Notes: generated by a model from the sequence alone, not told the origin. A DNA stretch of 32,000 nucleotides from Ktedonobacterales bacterium (GCA_030167145.1 CP126532.1:3030001-3062000); one strand, 5' to 3'; numbered from the stretch's first letter, positions 23,866-31,933 are shown. A program made the numbers and translations.

Positions 23866-25248
23866 ATGGTGGCAGGCAACGGAGAGGTGCAGCGATTGCG
23901 CAGCTTCGCGCGCAACATCGGCCTGTTCTGGAGCATCATCACCTACGCCGGACTGGCGATCATCACCACGTTCGTCTTCGCGAAGCGCCCGGAGTTGTTG
24001 TCTCAGCCCAGGGGATGGGCGATTCTGGCGCTGGTCGCCATCGAGGTGGTCTGGTACACCATCGGCTTTCCGTGGGTGATGCGCGGCAATCCCAAGCGCC
24101 ACTACGCCGAAACGTTCGGCCGTCGTATCCATCACCTGCACTGGCGGGGCATCGTCTACTGGGCCAGCATGCTCGGCTTGACGTTGCTGCTGATGCAACT
24201 CGACGCGACGTATGTCTATGAACTGTGGGCGATCTACGGCATCAGCTTCGCCATCATGTCCATGCCGCAGGCGCTGATCGTCGTCGTGCCCACCGTCTTC
24301 GTCATCATGAAGGCGTTCGACTGGCTGCCGCATACCAGTAATCTGGCTGATCTCGCGGGCTTCGGCGCGGGCCTGCTGCTCTTCGCCATCTACTCCGCCT
24401 TTGCCTATCTGCCCTATGTGCTCATCATCAACCGCTTCGAGCGCGAGCGCATGTTCACCGAGCTTGAGCGCTCGCATCAGGCGCTCGCCGAGGCCCACCA
24501 GCAGCTTGGCGAAGCCGCCGAACGCGACCGCGAGCTAGCGGTGCTGCGCGAGCGCGGACGCCTCGCCCGCGACCTGCACGATACCATCGGCCACTCGCTG
24601 GTGCTCGGCAGCGTCAAGCTCGAAGCCGCGCTGCGCCTGCGCGCGGTGGACCCATCCCGCGCCGATCACGAGATCGCCGCGACACAACGCATCCTGCGCG
24701 ACACGATGACCGAACTGCGCGCCGCCATCGCCAATCTGCGCTCGCCCGCGCTGGCGCGCGAGCCGCTGGGCGATGCGCTCAGCCGTGTCGCGCGTGAAGC
24801 GGCGCTGCGCACCGGTTGGCAGATCACCACCGACATCGCCCCCGACCTCGACACACTGGACGACCGGAGCTATGAGGCGCTGCTGCGGGTAGGCGCAGAG
24901 GCCATCGCCAACGCCGAACGCCATGCCCACGCCACCACGCTCGCGCTTCAGCTTGGCCGCGACGGCTGCGATGTGATGCTGCGTGTGCGCGACAACGGCA
25001 TCGGCATGCCGCGACCTGCGCCGGTTGCCGCTACGACCGCCGCATCCGCTCATGCTCTCGAAGGCGGCACGGTAGATGCGGATACCGATAACGCTCGGAA
25101 CGCCGAAATCATCGCCAGCCCACCGGGGCACTACGGCCTCACCGGCATGCGCGAACGCATCACCTCGCTCGGTGGCTCCTTCGCGCTCAGCCCCGGCGAG
25201 GACGGCGCGGGCGTCGCCATCGAGGCGCGCATCCCAGTTGCGGCATAA
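23866..25248 (+). CDS. Sensor histidine kinase (polytopic N-terminus, HisKA_3 plus HATPase_c)
   Basis: The H-box is LARDLHDTIGHSLV. The ATPase boxes are EAIANAERHA, RVRDNGIGMP and GHYGLTGMRERITSLGGSF. About 6 TM helices at the N-terminus. SD AAAGGAGA. No response regulator is adjacent. Confidence 0.9.
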   Translation: MVAGNGEVQRLRSFARNIGLFWSIITYAGLAIITTFVFAKRPELLSQPRGWAILALVAIEVVWYTIGFPWVMRGNPKRHYAETFGRRIHHLHWRGIVYWASMLGLTLLLMQLDATYVYELWAIYGISFAIMSMPQALIVVVPTVFVIMKAFDWLPHTSNLADLAGFGAGLLLFAIYSAFAYLPYVLIINRFERERMFTELERSHQALAEAHQQLGEAAERDRELAVLRERGRLARDLHDTIGHSLVLGSVKLEAALRLRAVDPSRADHEIAATQRILRDTMTELRAAIANLRSPALAREPLGDALSRVAREAALRTGWQITTDIAPDLDTLDDRSYEALLRVGAEAIANAERHAHATTLALQLGRDGCDVMLRVRDNGIGMPRPAPVAATTAASAHALEGGTVDADTDNARNAEIIASPPGHYGLTGMRERITSLGGSFALSPGEDGAGVAIEARIPVAA

Positions 25249-25285
25249 TTGCTTGTGTGTTTGGCGTGGCGTAGAGGCCAATCAC

Positions 25286-25495
25286 TCAAAGTACAGTGGT
25301 ATCAAAGGTCGTCACGAAACTGCGCCCAACTTCCCTCAGGGGAGATTCTTCGAGATAGAGTTCGGTCGCTTCCTTCAGATTGGCAAGCGCCTCCTCGATG
25401 GTCGCACCCTGGCTGACGGTGCCAACCTCCGGGCACTCGGCCACGTAGAGGTCGTCTTCTTTATGCAGCACTGCGGTAAAGGTTCGCGTCGCCAT
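25286..25495 (-). CDS. HicB/UPF0150-like antitoxin-fold protein
   Basis: MATRTFTAVLHKEDDLYVAECPEVGTVSQGATIEEALANLKEATELYLEE. ATG 25495 is preceded by GGGAGGGTGA. No HicA-like partner is present. Confidence 0.7.
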   Translation of the reverse strand: MATRTFTAVLHKEDDLYVAECPEVGTVSQGATIEEALANLKEATELYLEESPLREVGRSFVTTFDTTVL

Positions 25496-25562
25496 GCCAT
25501 CACCCTCCCACATTCTGTGACTATTGTGGGTGTATTGTATCATCGCGCCATACGGCATACAG

Positions 25563-25589
25563 AAGGACGCCAGGAATACCCTGGCGTCC
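25563..25589 (-). terminator. Rho-independent-type terminator after the FKBP gene
   Basis: AGGACGCCAGG-AATAC-CCTGGCGTCCT has an 11-bp stem. On the minus strand it is followed by CTTCTGTAT. It lies 40 nt downstream of the stop at 25629. Confidence 0.6.
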
Positions 25590-25628
25590 TCGTGATAGTG
25601 TGCGATGCGTTATAGGTCTGCTGGCTGA

Positions 25629-26345
25629 CTAGTGCCCGTTGATGCCGACAACCGTGATGTCGAAGATCAGCGTCGCGTTGCCGGGGATGGTCGGCGGTGA
25701 GCCTTGCGCGCCATAGGCTAGCGCGGGCGGGATAATCAGCCGCCGCTCACCATACTTCTGCATCCCCGCGACACCCTTCACCCAGCCGTCAATCACCGAT
25801 CCTGAGGCAAGCCCGAATCCGCAGGTCCCCTGGGCCGTGCCGCCGCACTGGCTGGGATCGTGCTGAAGCGAGCTATCGAAGAGCTTGCCCGTGGATTGCA
25901 CCCAACCACTATAAATCACCACTACCTGATCGCCAGCCTTCACGGCGGGTCCGCACCCCACCTTCATATCAATGTATTGCAGGCCCTGCTCACCCGTCTT
26001 CGTCTCGCCCTTCACCGCTGGCGGCGTACTGGGCGCCGACAGGCCGAGCGGGCCGACCGGTGTCGCGGTAGCGGCGGGGCAGCTTGCATAGGGGTTGTTC
26101 GCCTTGCTGGCGGAGGAATTGCCGTTCGCGAACGGGTGCGCCACAAGGATCCAGATCAGCACGCCGATGACGACGACTGAAATGAGCGCGCCCCACTTGA
26201 TACGTGCTTCGCGGCGCCGTCGGGCGGCGCGTTGCGCGTCGCGGGCCTGGCGGCGGGTCATCGCGGCAGGGGCTTGCCGCTGCGCGGCGCCCACGGTTCC
26301 GTTCCTGGACGACGCGGAACGAGTCTCACTCTTGGCTGACGGCAT
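25629..26345 (-). CDS. Membrane-anchored FKBP-type peptidyl-prolyl cis-trans isomerase
   Basis: VVVIYSGWVQSTGKLFDSS and GSVIDGWVKGVAGMQKYGERRLIIPPALAYG. The Arg-rich N-terminus plus TM segment is WGALISVVVIGVLIWILV. ATG 26345 has SD GAGGGAGGAAAC. A Cys-containing insert, SQCGGTAQGTCG, lies within the FKBP core. Confidence 0.88.
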   Translation of the reverse strand: MPSAKSETRSASSRNGTVGAAQRQAPAAMTRRQARDAQRAARRRREARIKWGALISVVVIGVLIWILVAHPFANGNSSASKANNPYASCPAATATPVGPLGLSAPSTPPAVKGETKTGEQGLQYIDMKVGCGPAVKAGDQVVVIYSGWVQSTGKLFDSSLQHDPSQCGGTAQGTCGFGLASGSVIDGWVKGVAGMQKYGERRLIIPPALAYGAQGSPPTIPGNATLIFDITVVGINGH

Positions 26346-26581
26346 CAGTAACGTTTCCTCCCTCAGGATAGGTACAGCTTTTCCAGTATACTCCTGCCGC
26401 GCCTCCCACGCAACGCATTCCCCGCGTTCATGGGCGTAATGGGTAATGGGTGTCTTGTGCCGCCCGGCTGGATAAGGTAGACTGGCAACGAGAGCGCGAT
26501 TCGCCTTGCGGAGCGCCAGGAAGCGTCCTGATTTCCTGGCGCTCTTGTCTCGTAGCAAAGCCGGTCGAAAGGGGGCGAAAG

Positions 26582-27052
26582 ATGGGAGCCATCGCGCGAC
26601 ATCGCATCCAGGCCATCCATGCCATTGCTGGCGCGGCGCTGTTGGGCTGGCTGCTGCTGAGCATCGCGGCCTGTGGCAGTGGTAGCGGCGCACTGCCGCA
26701 ATCGGCGCAGAAGGCGCTAGGCCGCTACATATCGGGACACTATTCCACCGCGACGGGGTTCAGCGTTCCCACCAACTGGCATGTCACCTCCGCGCAACAA
26801 TCGGGCAACCCGCACCGCCTCTTCAAGCACTACGATGAGCTATGGTGCGTGGACATCACACCGCCGATCACCGCGCTGCCGGTCGCCACACCCAAAGCCG
26901 GTGCCCCCAAAGCAGGCACACCCACGCCAACAGCGACGGCGCAAACAGTCAGCCACTTCCTCGTCGGGCGCACCGGCAACGAGTGGTCCGTCGCCGATGA
27001 GCTGGCGGTAAACCAGGATGTCTTCGACGTGCTCGGCTGCGACAACTATTGA
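26582..27052 (+). CDS. Putative lipoprotein, unknown function
   Basis: ATG 26582 with GAAAGGGGG upstream. The signal peptide plus lipobox-like sequence is LLGWLLLSIAAC-GSGSG. No family was recognised. Confidence 0.6.
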   Translation: MGAIARHRIQAIHAIAGAALLGWLLLSIAACGSGSGALPQSAQKALGRYISGHYSTATGFSVPTNWHVTSAQQSGNPHRLFKHYDELWCVDITPPITALPVATPKAGAPKAGTPTPTATAQTVSHFLVGRTGNEWSVADELAVNQDVFDVLGCDNY

Positions 27053-27060
27053 GCCTCGTG

Positions 27061-27633
27061 TTACACCGCATTCACCCTGGCGGGCGCGACAAAGGCGTCA
27101 ATCTCGGCGAAGAGCAAGAAATCTCCGGCGTCCTGGCCATAGTGCGCGCGGGCGATGCGCAGGTTCGGACTAACGAGGAAGTCGCCCGGCAGCCGCCCCG
27201 CTGCCCCTGGCGCGGCGAAGATGCTGCTCAGCCAGTGCGCGCCCAGCCCTTGCCGCCGCGCCTCGCGCAGATCCGCGCCCCGGCTGAAGCGCGCCCGCAC
27301 CGGAGCCAGCAGCGACGACTCCAATCCATACTGGCGGTAGATGCGCCGCTCTGGGTCGGCAATGATCGGGAACGGCGGGCGCATCGGGTCCAGATAATAG
27401 TGCAACTGCTCGGCGGTCGCCTCCCAGAACGAGATGTGCCGCAGCCCGTGGCGCGCGTAGTCCAGATAGCGTTCCATCAGCAGATGGTTGCGCAGATTGC
27501 AGAGCGGGCACGCGGCGGCGCGGTGAAACGAGATATACACCTTCCGGTTCACGTAATCCGCCAGCCGGACGCGCTGGCCGTAGATGTCTGGTACGTCAAA
27601 GAGCGGCGCGGATTGGCCGGTATGTAAGCGCAT
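27061..27633 (-). CDS. Peroxiredoxin-like / AhpC-TSA (thioredoxin-fold) family protein
   Basis: GQSAPLFDVPDIYGQRVRLADY...VYISFHRAAACPLCNLRNHL (CxxC in the Prx_like context) and FPIIADPERRIYRQYG. SD AAAGAGG. Confidence 0.65.
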   Translation of the reverse strand: MRLHTGQSAPLFDVPDIYGQRVRLADYVNRKVYISFHRAAACPLCNLRNHLLMERYLDYARHGLRHISFWEATAEQLHYYLDPMRPPFPIIADPERRIYRQYGLESSLLAPVRARFSRGADLREARRQGLGAHWLSSIFAAPGAAGRLPGDFLVSPNLRIARAHYGQDAGDFLLFAEIDAFVAPARVNAV

Positions 27634-27711
27634 GCGGATGCCTCTTTTCTCAGCTATATCCTCTTAATGATAGTCCGCTGCCGCGTTACAGATGACGCCG
27701 AGGAAAAAGGG

Positions 27712-29478
27712 CTATGCGACCCAGCAGGCGAAGCGCGCGACGCCCAGCGCGTCCAGCGCGCCTTCGACACTTTCCTCCAGCCAGCGCGCTGTATCCACCT
27801 GTGCATGCGCCAGCCCTGCCGCCGCTTCCTCCGTCGTCACCGGCTCCCACAGAGCGGCCTGCGCGTCATAGAGTTCGGGCCGCCCGTCAGATGCCCCAGA
27901 TGCCGCCATTTCGCGCTCTGTCCCCTGCGCTTCCGGCGTCACCCGCTCCTGCCAGCGGCGGGCCAGCCGTTCCAGCGTCACCTTGCGCGGGCACACACAC
28001 TCGACGAACACCGCCCGCGCCCCATAGTCCCTTGCCACTCCCGCCAGGCTCAGCCGGTCCGCGCGCCGCACGAAGCTCGCATCCAGCAGCGCCGAACGCC
28101 CCTCCGCCAGCGCCGCCGCTGCCGCTACGCGCATCGCCTCATAGGTCCGCGCCGTCCATTCGTGCGCATAGATGCCCGTGCCGAACGCGGCCTCCTGGGG
28201 TGTCGCGGCGTCGAGGTTCGCCAGCCGTTTGCGCGTCGCATCCGAGGCGATCAGTTCCCAGCCGAGCGAGCGCCGCAGTTCCTCCCCCAGCGTGCTCTTG
28301 CCCGACCCCATCAGCCCGCCGATCAAGAGCAGCGTCGGCGCGGTGGGGCCGCTCGCGTAGCGCCCCGCCAGCGCGAAGAGCTGGCCCGCCTCGTCCCGCG
28401 CCCGTTCGCGCTGCTCAGCAGGCACTTCGGTCTGGTCGAGCTGGAACGCCAACACCTTGCCGCGTACACACGCCCGATAGCAGGCGTAGAACGGCAGCAG
28501 TTCGCGCAGCGCCTCGTCGCCCGCCGCCAGCACATACGCATCAACGAACGCCTTCGCCAGATCAGCGCGCCCGGCCATATCCAGTTCCATCACCAGAAAC
28601 GCGATTTCTCCAGCCACATCGCCATAGCGAAAACGCTCGTTGAACTCGATGCAGTCCACAATCGCCAGCGTCTCCGCGCCCTCAGCGCCATCCACAGCGG
28701 CAGGCAACTGATACACGTGCTGCAAGCGCAGGTCGCCGTGGCAGTCGCGGATGCGCCCATCCCGCATCCGCGCCGCGAACAGCGCCTGCCGCTGTTCGAT
28801 GAAGCCGCGCACATAGCCCTCGATACTATCGAAGGTCGCCTGATCCAGCGCGCGCCCGATGTAGGGCCGCATCTGCTCGAAGTTCTCGTCCCAGTTGCCA
28901 CCGACGACACCCAGCCCGCCGAACGACGCGATATGCGCATCCGTCGCGCAGGCCGCATGAAATGCCGCCATGCGTTCAGCCACCGCCGCCAGCAATGCCG
29001 CCGTCGCGCGCCCATCGCGCACCTGCGCGGCCAGCGTGGCATCTTCGGGCAGGCGCACCATCACCACGGCGTAATCTATCACCACCCCGCCGCCCATCTC
29101 CGCCCCTGGCTCCGGCAGCGCCTCCGGCGCCAGCGTCGCCCCGAAGCGCAGCGCGCCATCCGCCAGCGCCTGCACCGGCGCGACGCCGAGATAGACAGAC
29201 GGCGCCAGCCGCGCGTTCAGCCGCACCTCTTCGCCGCAGAAGTGGCGGCGCAACGCGGGCGTGGAGTAGTCGAAGAAGCCGAAGTCGTTGGGCTTCTTCA
29301 GCTTGTAGGCGCGATTCCCGGCCAGCAGCACCGCCGAGGCATGCGTCTGCACCACTTCGACTACCTCGCCCGCCGCCAGCGCGACGGGCAGCGCCCCAGG
29401 CTGCGTCAGCGCCCGCAGATACGCTGGATAATCGGTCTCTGGCTGTACTCCATCCATCGCACGCTGGTCCACGCTCAT
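27712..29478 (-). CDS. Bifunctional-type protein: N-terminal APH-fold phosphotransferase domain plus C-terminal P-loop kinase (AAA_33-like) domain
   Basis: ATG 29478 (MSVDQRAMDG) with SD GGAGTGGAG. Contains NRAYKLKKP, CHGDLRLQHVY, IVDCIEFNERFRYGDVAGEIAFL and the P-loop LLLIGGLMGSGKSTLGEEL. The 60 codons upstream in ORF ..29658 are translation of a DNA repeat. Confidence 0.85.
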   Translation of the reverse strand: MSVDQRAMDGVQPETDYPAYLRALTQPGALPVALAAGEVVEVVQTHASAVLLAGNRAYKLKKPNDFGFFDYSTPALRRHFCGEEVRLNARLAPSVYLGVAPVQALADGALRFGATLAPEALPEPGAEMGGGVVIDYAVVMVRLPEDATLAAQVRDGRATAALLAAVAERMAAFHAACATDAHIASFGGLGVVGGNWDENFEQMRPYIGRALDQATFDSIEGYVRGFIEQRQALFAARMRDGRIRDCHGDLRLQHVYQLPAAVDGAEGAETLAIVDCIEFNERFRYGDVAGEIAFLVMELDMAGRADLAKAFVDAYVLAAGDEALRELLPFYACYRACVRGKVLAFQLDQTEVPAEQRERARDEAGQLFALAGRYASGPTAPTLLLIGGLMGSGKSTLGEELRRSLGWELIASDATRKRLANLDAATPQEAAFGTGIYAHEWTARTYEAMRVAAAAALAEGRSALLDASFVRRADRLSLAGVARDYGARAVFVECVCPRKVTLERLARRWQERVTPEAQGTEREMAASGASDGRPELYDAQAALWEPVTTEEAAAGLAHAQVDTARWLEESVEGALDALGVARFACWVA

Positions 29479-29526
29479 CTCTGCTCCACTCCGCTCTGCT
29501 GCTCGCGCTACTTCTGTTCCCTCCTT

Positions 29527-29581
29527 ACACCATAGCCGATTCCGTGCGTCACAGCCACATCGCCCCCGTAAGTGTGAGCGC
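29527..29581. repeat. Direct repeat copy A (5' leader of the kinase gene)
   Basis: ACACCATAGCCGATTCCGTGCGTCACAGCCACATCGCCCCCGTAAGTGTGAGCGC matches 31442-31496 at 50/55 positions by hand alignment. Weaker gapped similarity extends down to 29476. Confidence 0.9.
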
Positions 29582-29662
29582 GCTTGGCATAGATGAAGTT
29601 GAGACTCGTCCGCATTTGGATCGCCCATTCGCAGGTAATATATTAGATAAGGAAGCATGATC

Positions 29663-29691
29663 TTGACATTTTCGAGGTAATCCGTTACACT
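29663..29691 (+). promoter_or_regulatory. Strong sigma70-type promoter of the islet
   Basis: TTGACA (29663-29668), 17-nt spacer, TACACT (29686-29691). A leader of about 150 nt contains the duplicated word ATTTTCGAG and a GGAGG-ACAC-CCTCC hairpin. Confidence 0.6.
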
Positions 29692-29846
29692 TGAATTATC
29701 CCAACCGTGCGGTGCTGAACCTGAATTTTCGAGTGCGGCGTGAAGTGTGTGTCATGAAGTGCGTGTAGTGTAACGGTGGAGGACACCCTCCGCAATGGCA
29801 AGTAAATGGATTGCAAGCCATTCTGGCCGTTCATGAGGAGGTACGC

Positions 29847-30650
29847 GTGAATACTTCGGTACGCCTAGTCTATCGCATTCCGCTTGGAGCAGCGAAGCTT
29901 GTTAGCTCACTTATGGTAGTGGCCGCGCTCTTTGTTGGTCAAATGGTTGGAGCCTCTCTTGCCTCAGCCTCGGCACATCTGCCATCAGTTGCCAACTCTG
30001 CGCCCTGTATCACGAGTTATGGCATCCATTATTATGGCGTAACGTCCTGGTGTGGAACGAATCAGGGAGCATTGGCGGAAATTGAAACAGTCCACCTTTA
30101 CTCCTCATATGGTAACCATATCTCAAATGAGCTGTGGGATATAGACACTACCCACGATTGCTCGGGCTATGGTATTAGCTGGATGGAGTCCGGAGAAGCC
30201 GTAGAGTACCAGCAAACGGGGAATTGGTACTTTTATGCGCTATGCCCTCCTGGCGGCAGCTTTACTTCCAACTTCTTGCAGCAACCTCCCAGCAGTGAGG
30301 TGTACCAATTTCCCACATATGTCATCGCGCACAGTGGCTACCAGCAGTACACCATCACTGAGGATCATCCAAATGGCAGTACAAACTGGAGTTACACGTT
30401 CGGTGGCATGGGGTCGTTCACACCGTCGGAAATCGAGATCGGCTTGGAGACGACCGCGAACGACTATAACGACGCCCACTCCGACACTGCGTACTTTGAA
30501 TACAATGAATACTACTCGACGAACGGCAACTGGTATTTTCAACCGGTTACGGGAGTAATATTTGACAACAAGCCGCCCTATTTCGCTTGGTACCAGGCTC
30601 CCAACGGGTCGGGGAATCATGGCGGAACCGCATACACAACGTGTTGTTAA
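29847..30650 (+). CDS. Secreted Tyr/Trp/Asn-rich acidic protein with 6 Cys, unknown family
   Basis: GTG 29847 lies 6 nt after SD GAGGAGG (29834-29840). The signal peptide is LVSSLMVVAALFVGQMVGASLASASA. GC is much lower than in neighbouring genes. The protein ends in ...TAYTTCC. Confidence 0.75.
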   Translation: MNTSVRLVYRIPLGAAKLVSSLMVVAALFVGQMVGASLASASAHLPSVANSAPCITSYGIHYYGVTSWCGTNQGALAEIETVHLYSSYGNHISNELWDIDTTHDCSGYGISWMESGEAVEYQQTGNWYFYALCPPGGSFTSNFLQQPPSSEVYQFPTYVIAHSGYQQYTITEDHPNGSTNWSYTFGGMGSFTPSEIEIGLETTANDYNDAHSDTAYFEYNEYYSTNGNWYFQPVTGVIFDNKPPYFAWYQAPNGSGNHGGTAYTTCC

Positions 30651-30712
30651 CAACAATCTGGCTTCAGCAGCCAGGACCCCCACAAATTGACGACGAGAAG
30701 GAGAAGATCCGC

Positions 30713-31291
30713 ATGCGTCTACTACCATCAATGCGACAAGCGACGCACCCACAGGGAGAACGCTCTAAGTTGCCGCTGCGAGCTTTGTTTGGGGGATGCA
30801 TCGCCATTGCTGCAACGCTGCTGCTTGGCTATGCGGTCGCCCAGGCGAATGGCTCGCCATCATCGCGGAATGCGAATGTAGCACCCAATCCACTCGCTGC
30901 CCAGCATGGTAAGCCGGATCATCAGACGCCGCAGGGGATGCCAGCCATCCATGTACAAGCTGCCCTTGTCACCTCCACCGGCCCGCACTTCACGGAGGCT
31001 GATGTGGTCCAATACATCGCCACGACTCCCATCCCGTATGCTGTGCGTAGCGCACCGGCTCCCCAGGTGGTGAGCGTCCAATTCCTGACGATGCAGCAGT
31101 TGAGCGGGCAATTACCACAATACAATCCCGCATCTACCGGGATTTCCGCAAATACATTGCTTTGTTTAGTTAGGGTATCGGGCACGTTCAGCGCCGATCC
31201 GCCTCTCGGCGCAAAGGCCGCCTATGCCTACGGCGCGTACCTCCTCTTCGATGCCCATACCGGCAATTTGCTGAGCATCACATTCAAGTGA
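30713..31291 (+). CDS. Secreted or membrane-anchored protein, unknown family
   Basis: ATG 30713 is preceded by GAAGGAGAAG. The signal/anchor is LFGGCIAIAATLLLGYAVAQA. The C-terminal region (FTEADVVQYIATTPIPY...AYGAYLLFDAHTGNLLSITF) looks like a small globular domain. Confidence 0.7.
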   Translation: MRLLPSMRQATHPQGERSKLPLRALFGGCIAIAATLLLGYAVAQANGSPSSRNANVAPNPLAAQHGKPDHQTPQGMPAIHVQAALVTSTGPHFTEADVVQYIATTPIPYAVRSAPAPQVVSVQFLTMQQLSGQLPQYNPASTGISANTLLCLVRVSGTFSADPPLGAKAAYAYGAYLLFDAHTGNLLSITFK

Positions 31292-31346
31292 TGTTCGTTC
31301 CATCAGGGAATCTGTTGGTTCCTTGATGCGCCGAGACCAGTGAGAT

Positions 31347-31387
31347 GAAGATGCCCAAGTCGAGCTTTGCTCTGTTCGGGCATCTTC
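31347..31387. terminator. Long stem-loop after the islet genes
   Basis: GAAGATGCCC (31347-31356) pairs with GGGCATCTTC (31378-31387). The 21-nt loop contains an inner GAGC-TTT-GCTC stem. No U-tract on either strand. It lies 56 nt after the stop at 31291. Confidence 0.45.
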
Positions 31388-31441
31388 GCTGCCTACACCC
31401 ATATCCGCTCTACTCTGCTGGCTTGCGCCATTCCCCACGTA

Positions 31442-31496
31442 ACACCATAGCCAATTCCGCGCGTCACAGCCACATCGCACCCGCACGTGTGAGCGC
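31442..31496. repeat. Direct repeat copy B
   Basis: ACACCATAGCCAATTCCGCGCGTCACAGCCACATCGCACCCGCACGTGTGAGCGC. It has the same orientation as copy A and lies 1915 bp to its right. Confidence 0.9.
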
Positions 31497-31615
31497 ACCG
31501 TGAGCGTGCGCGGCACATCTGTGACACGGACGGGACGATCATGGCCTACATTCTTGAGCGAACGGATTGACTCATAACGCCAGCGGACCGCCGCTGTAGA
31601 GATAGGGGGGATCCT

Positions 31616-31894
31616 ATGATGTGGGGCTATTACAATCCTGGAGGGATGTGGCTGTGGATGACCATCTCTGCGCTGGTCGGTTTGGCGGTGATCGTCGCCA
31701 TCGTCGCGTGGGCGCTCGCCCGCTCACGGCGCGCGTCCGATAGCGATGCCACTTCCGCCACGCCATCCGCGCGCGAGATTCTCGATCAGCGGTACGCGCG
31801 TGGCGAACTGGACGACGCCACGTATCAGCGCATGCGCGAAGCACTAGACGCCCCCGCCAGTGAGCATGCGCGGCTGCCGGTGCGCGCCCCCTAG
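31616..31894 (+). CDS. SHOCT-domain membrane protein
   Basis: N-terminal TM segment MWLWMTISALVGLAVIVAIVAWAL and C-terminal SHOCT motif AREILDQRYARGELDDATYQRMREAL. GGGGGGA lies upstream. Confidence 0.8.
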   Translation: MMWGYYNPGGMWLWMTISALVGLAVIVAIVAWALARSRRASDSDATSATPSAREILDQRYARGELDDATYQRMREALDAPASEHARLPVRAP

Positions 31895-31933
31895 CGGGGA
31901 TACTGGCCCACAAGGGAAAGGAGGCGCGTGCCG

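Noticed and set aside
23060-24498. Minus-strand ORFs 23060..23839 and 23590..24498
   Set aside because: They are shadow ORFs antisense to the methyltransferase and histidine kinase genes.
25629-26693. 116-codon N-terminal extension of the FKBP ORF
   Set aside because: It is Arg/Pro/Cys-rich and lies upstream of the strong SD GAGGGAGGAAAC. The TM anchor and FKBP domain follow ATG 26345.
27667-29660. Plus-strand ORFs 27667..29535 (622 aa), 27714..28643 and 28962..29660
   Set aside because: They are antisense to the well-supported APH/P-loop gene and have extreme Arg/Pro composition.
29476-31496. Calling the islet an IS, transposon or prophage remnant
   Set aside because: I found no transposase, integrase or recombinase ORF and no terminal inverted repeats, and direct repeats this long are not transposition target duplications. 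I report it only as a compositionally distinct, repeat-bracketed islet.
29479-31516. Shared peptide RCGCDARN(R/W)LWC in the 5' extension of ORF 27712..29658 and in ORF 31166..31516(-), suggesting a small protein family
   Set aside because: The peptide is simply the translation of the 55-bp DNA direct repeat. ORF 31166..31516 overlaps the 3' end of the better-supported plus-strand gene. The kinase has a proper SD and start at 29478.
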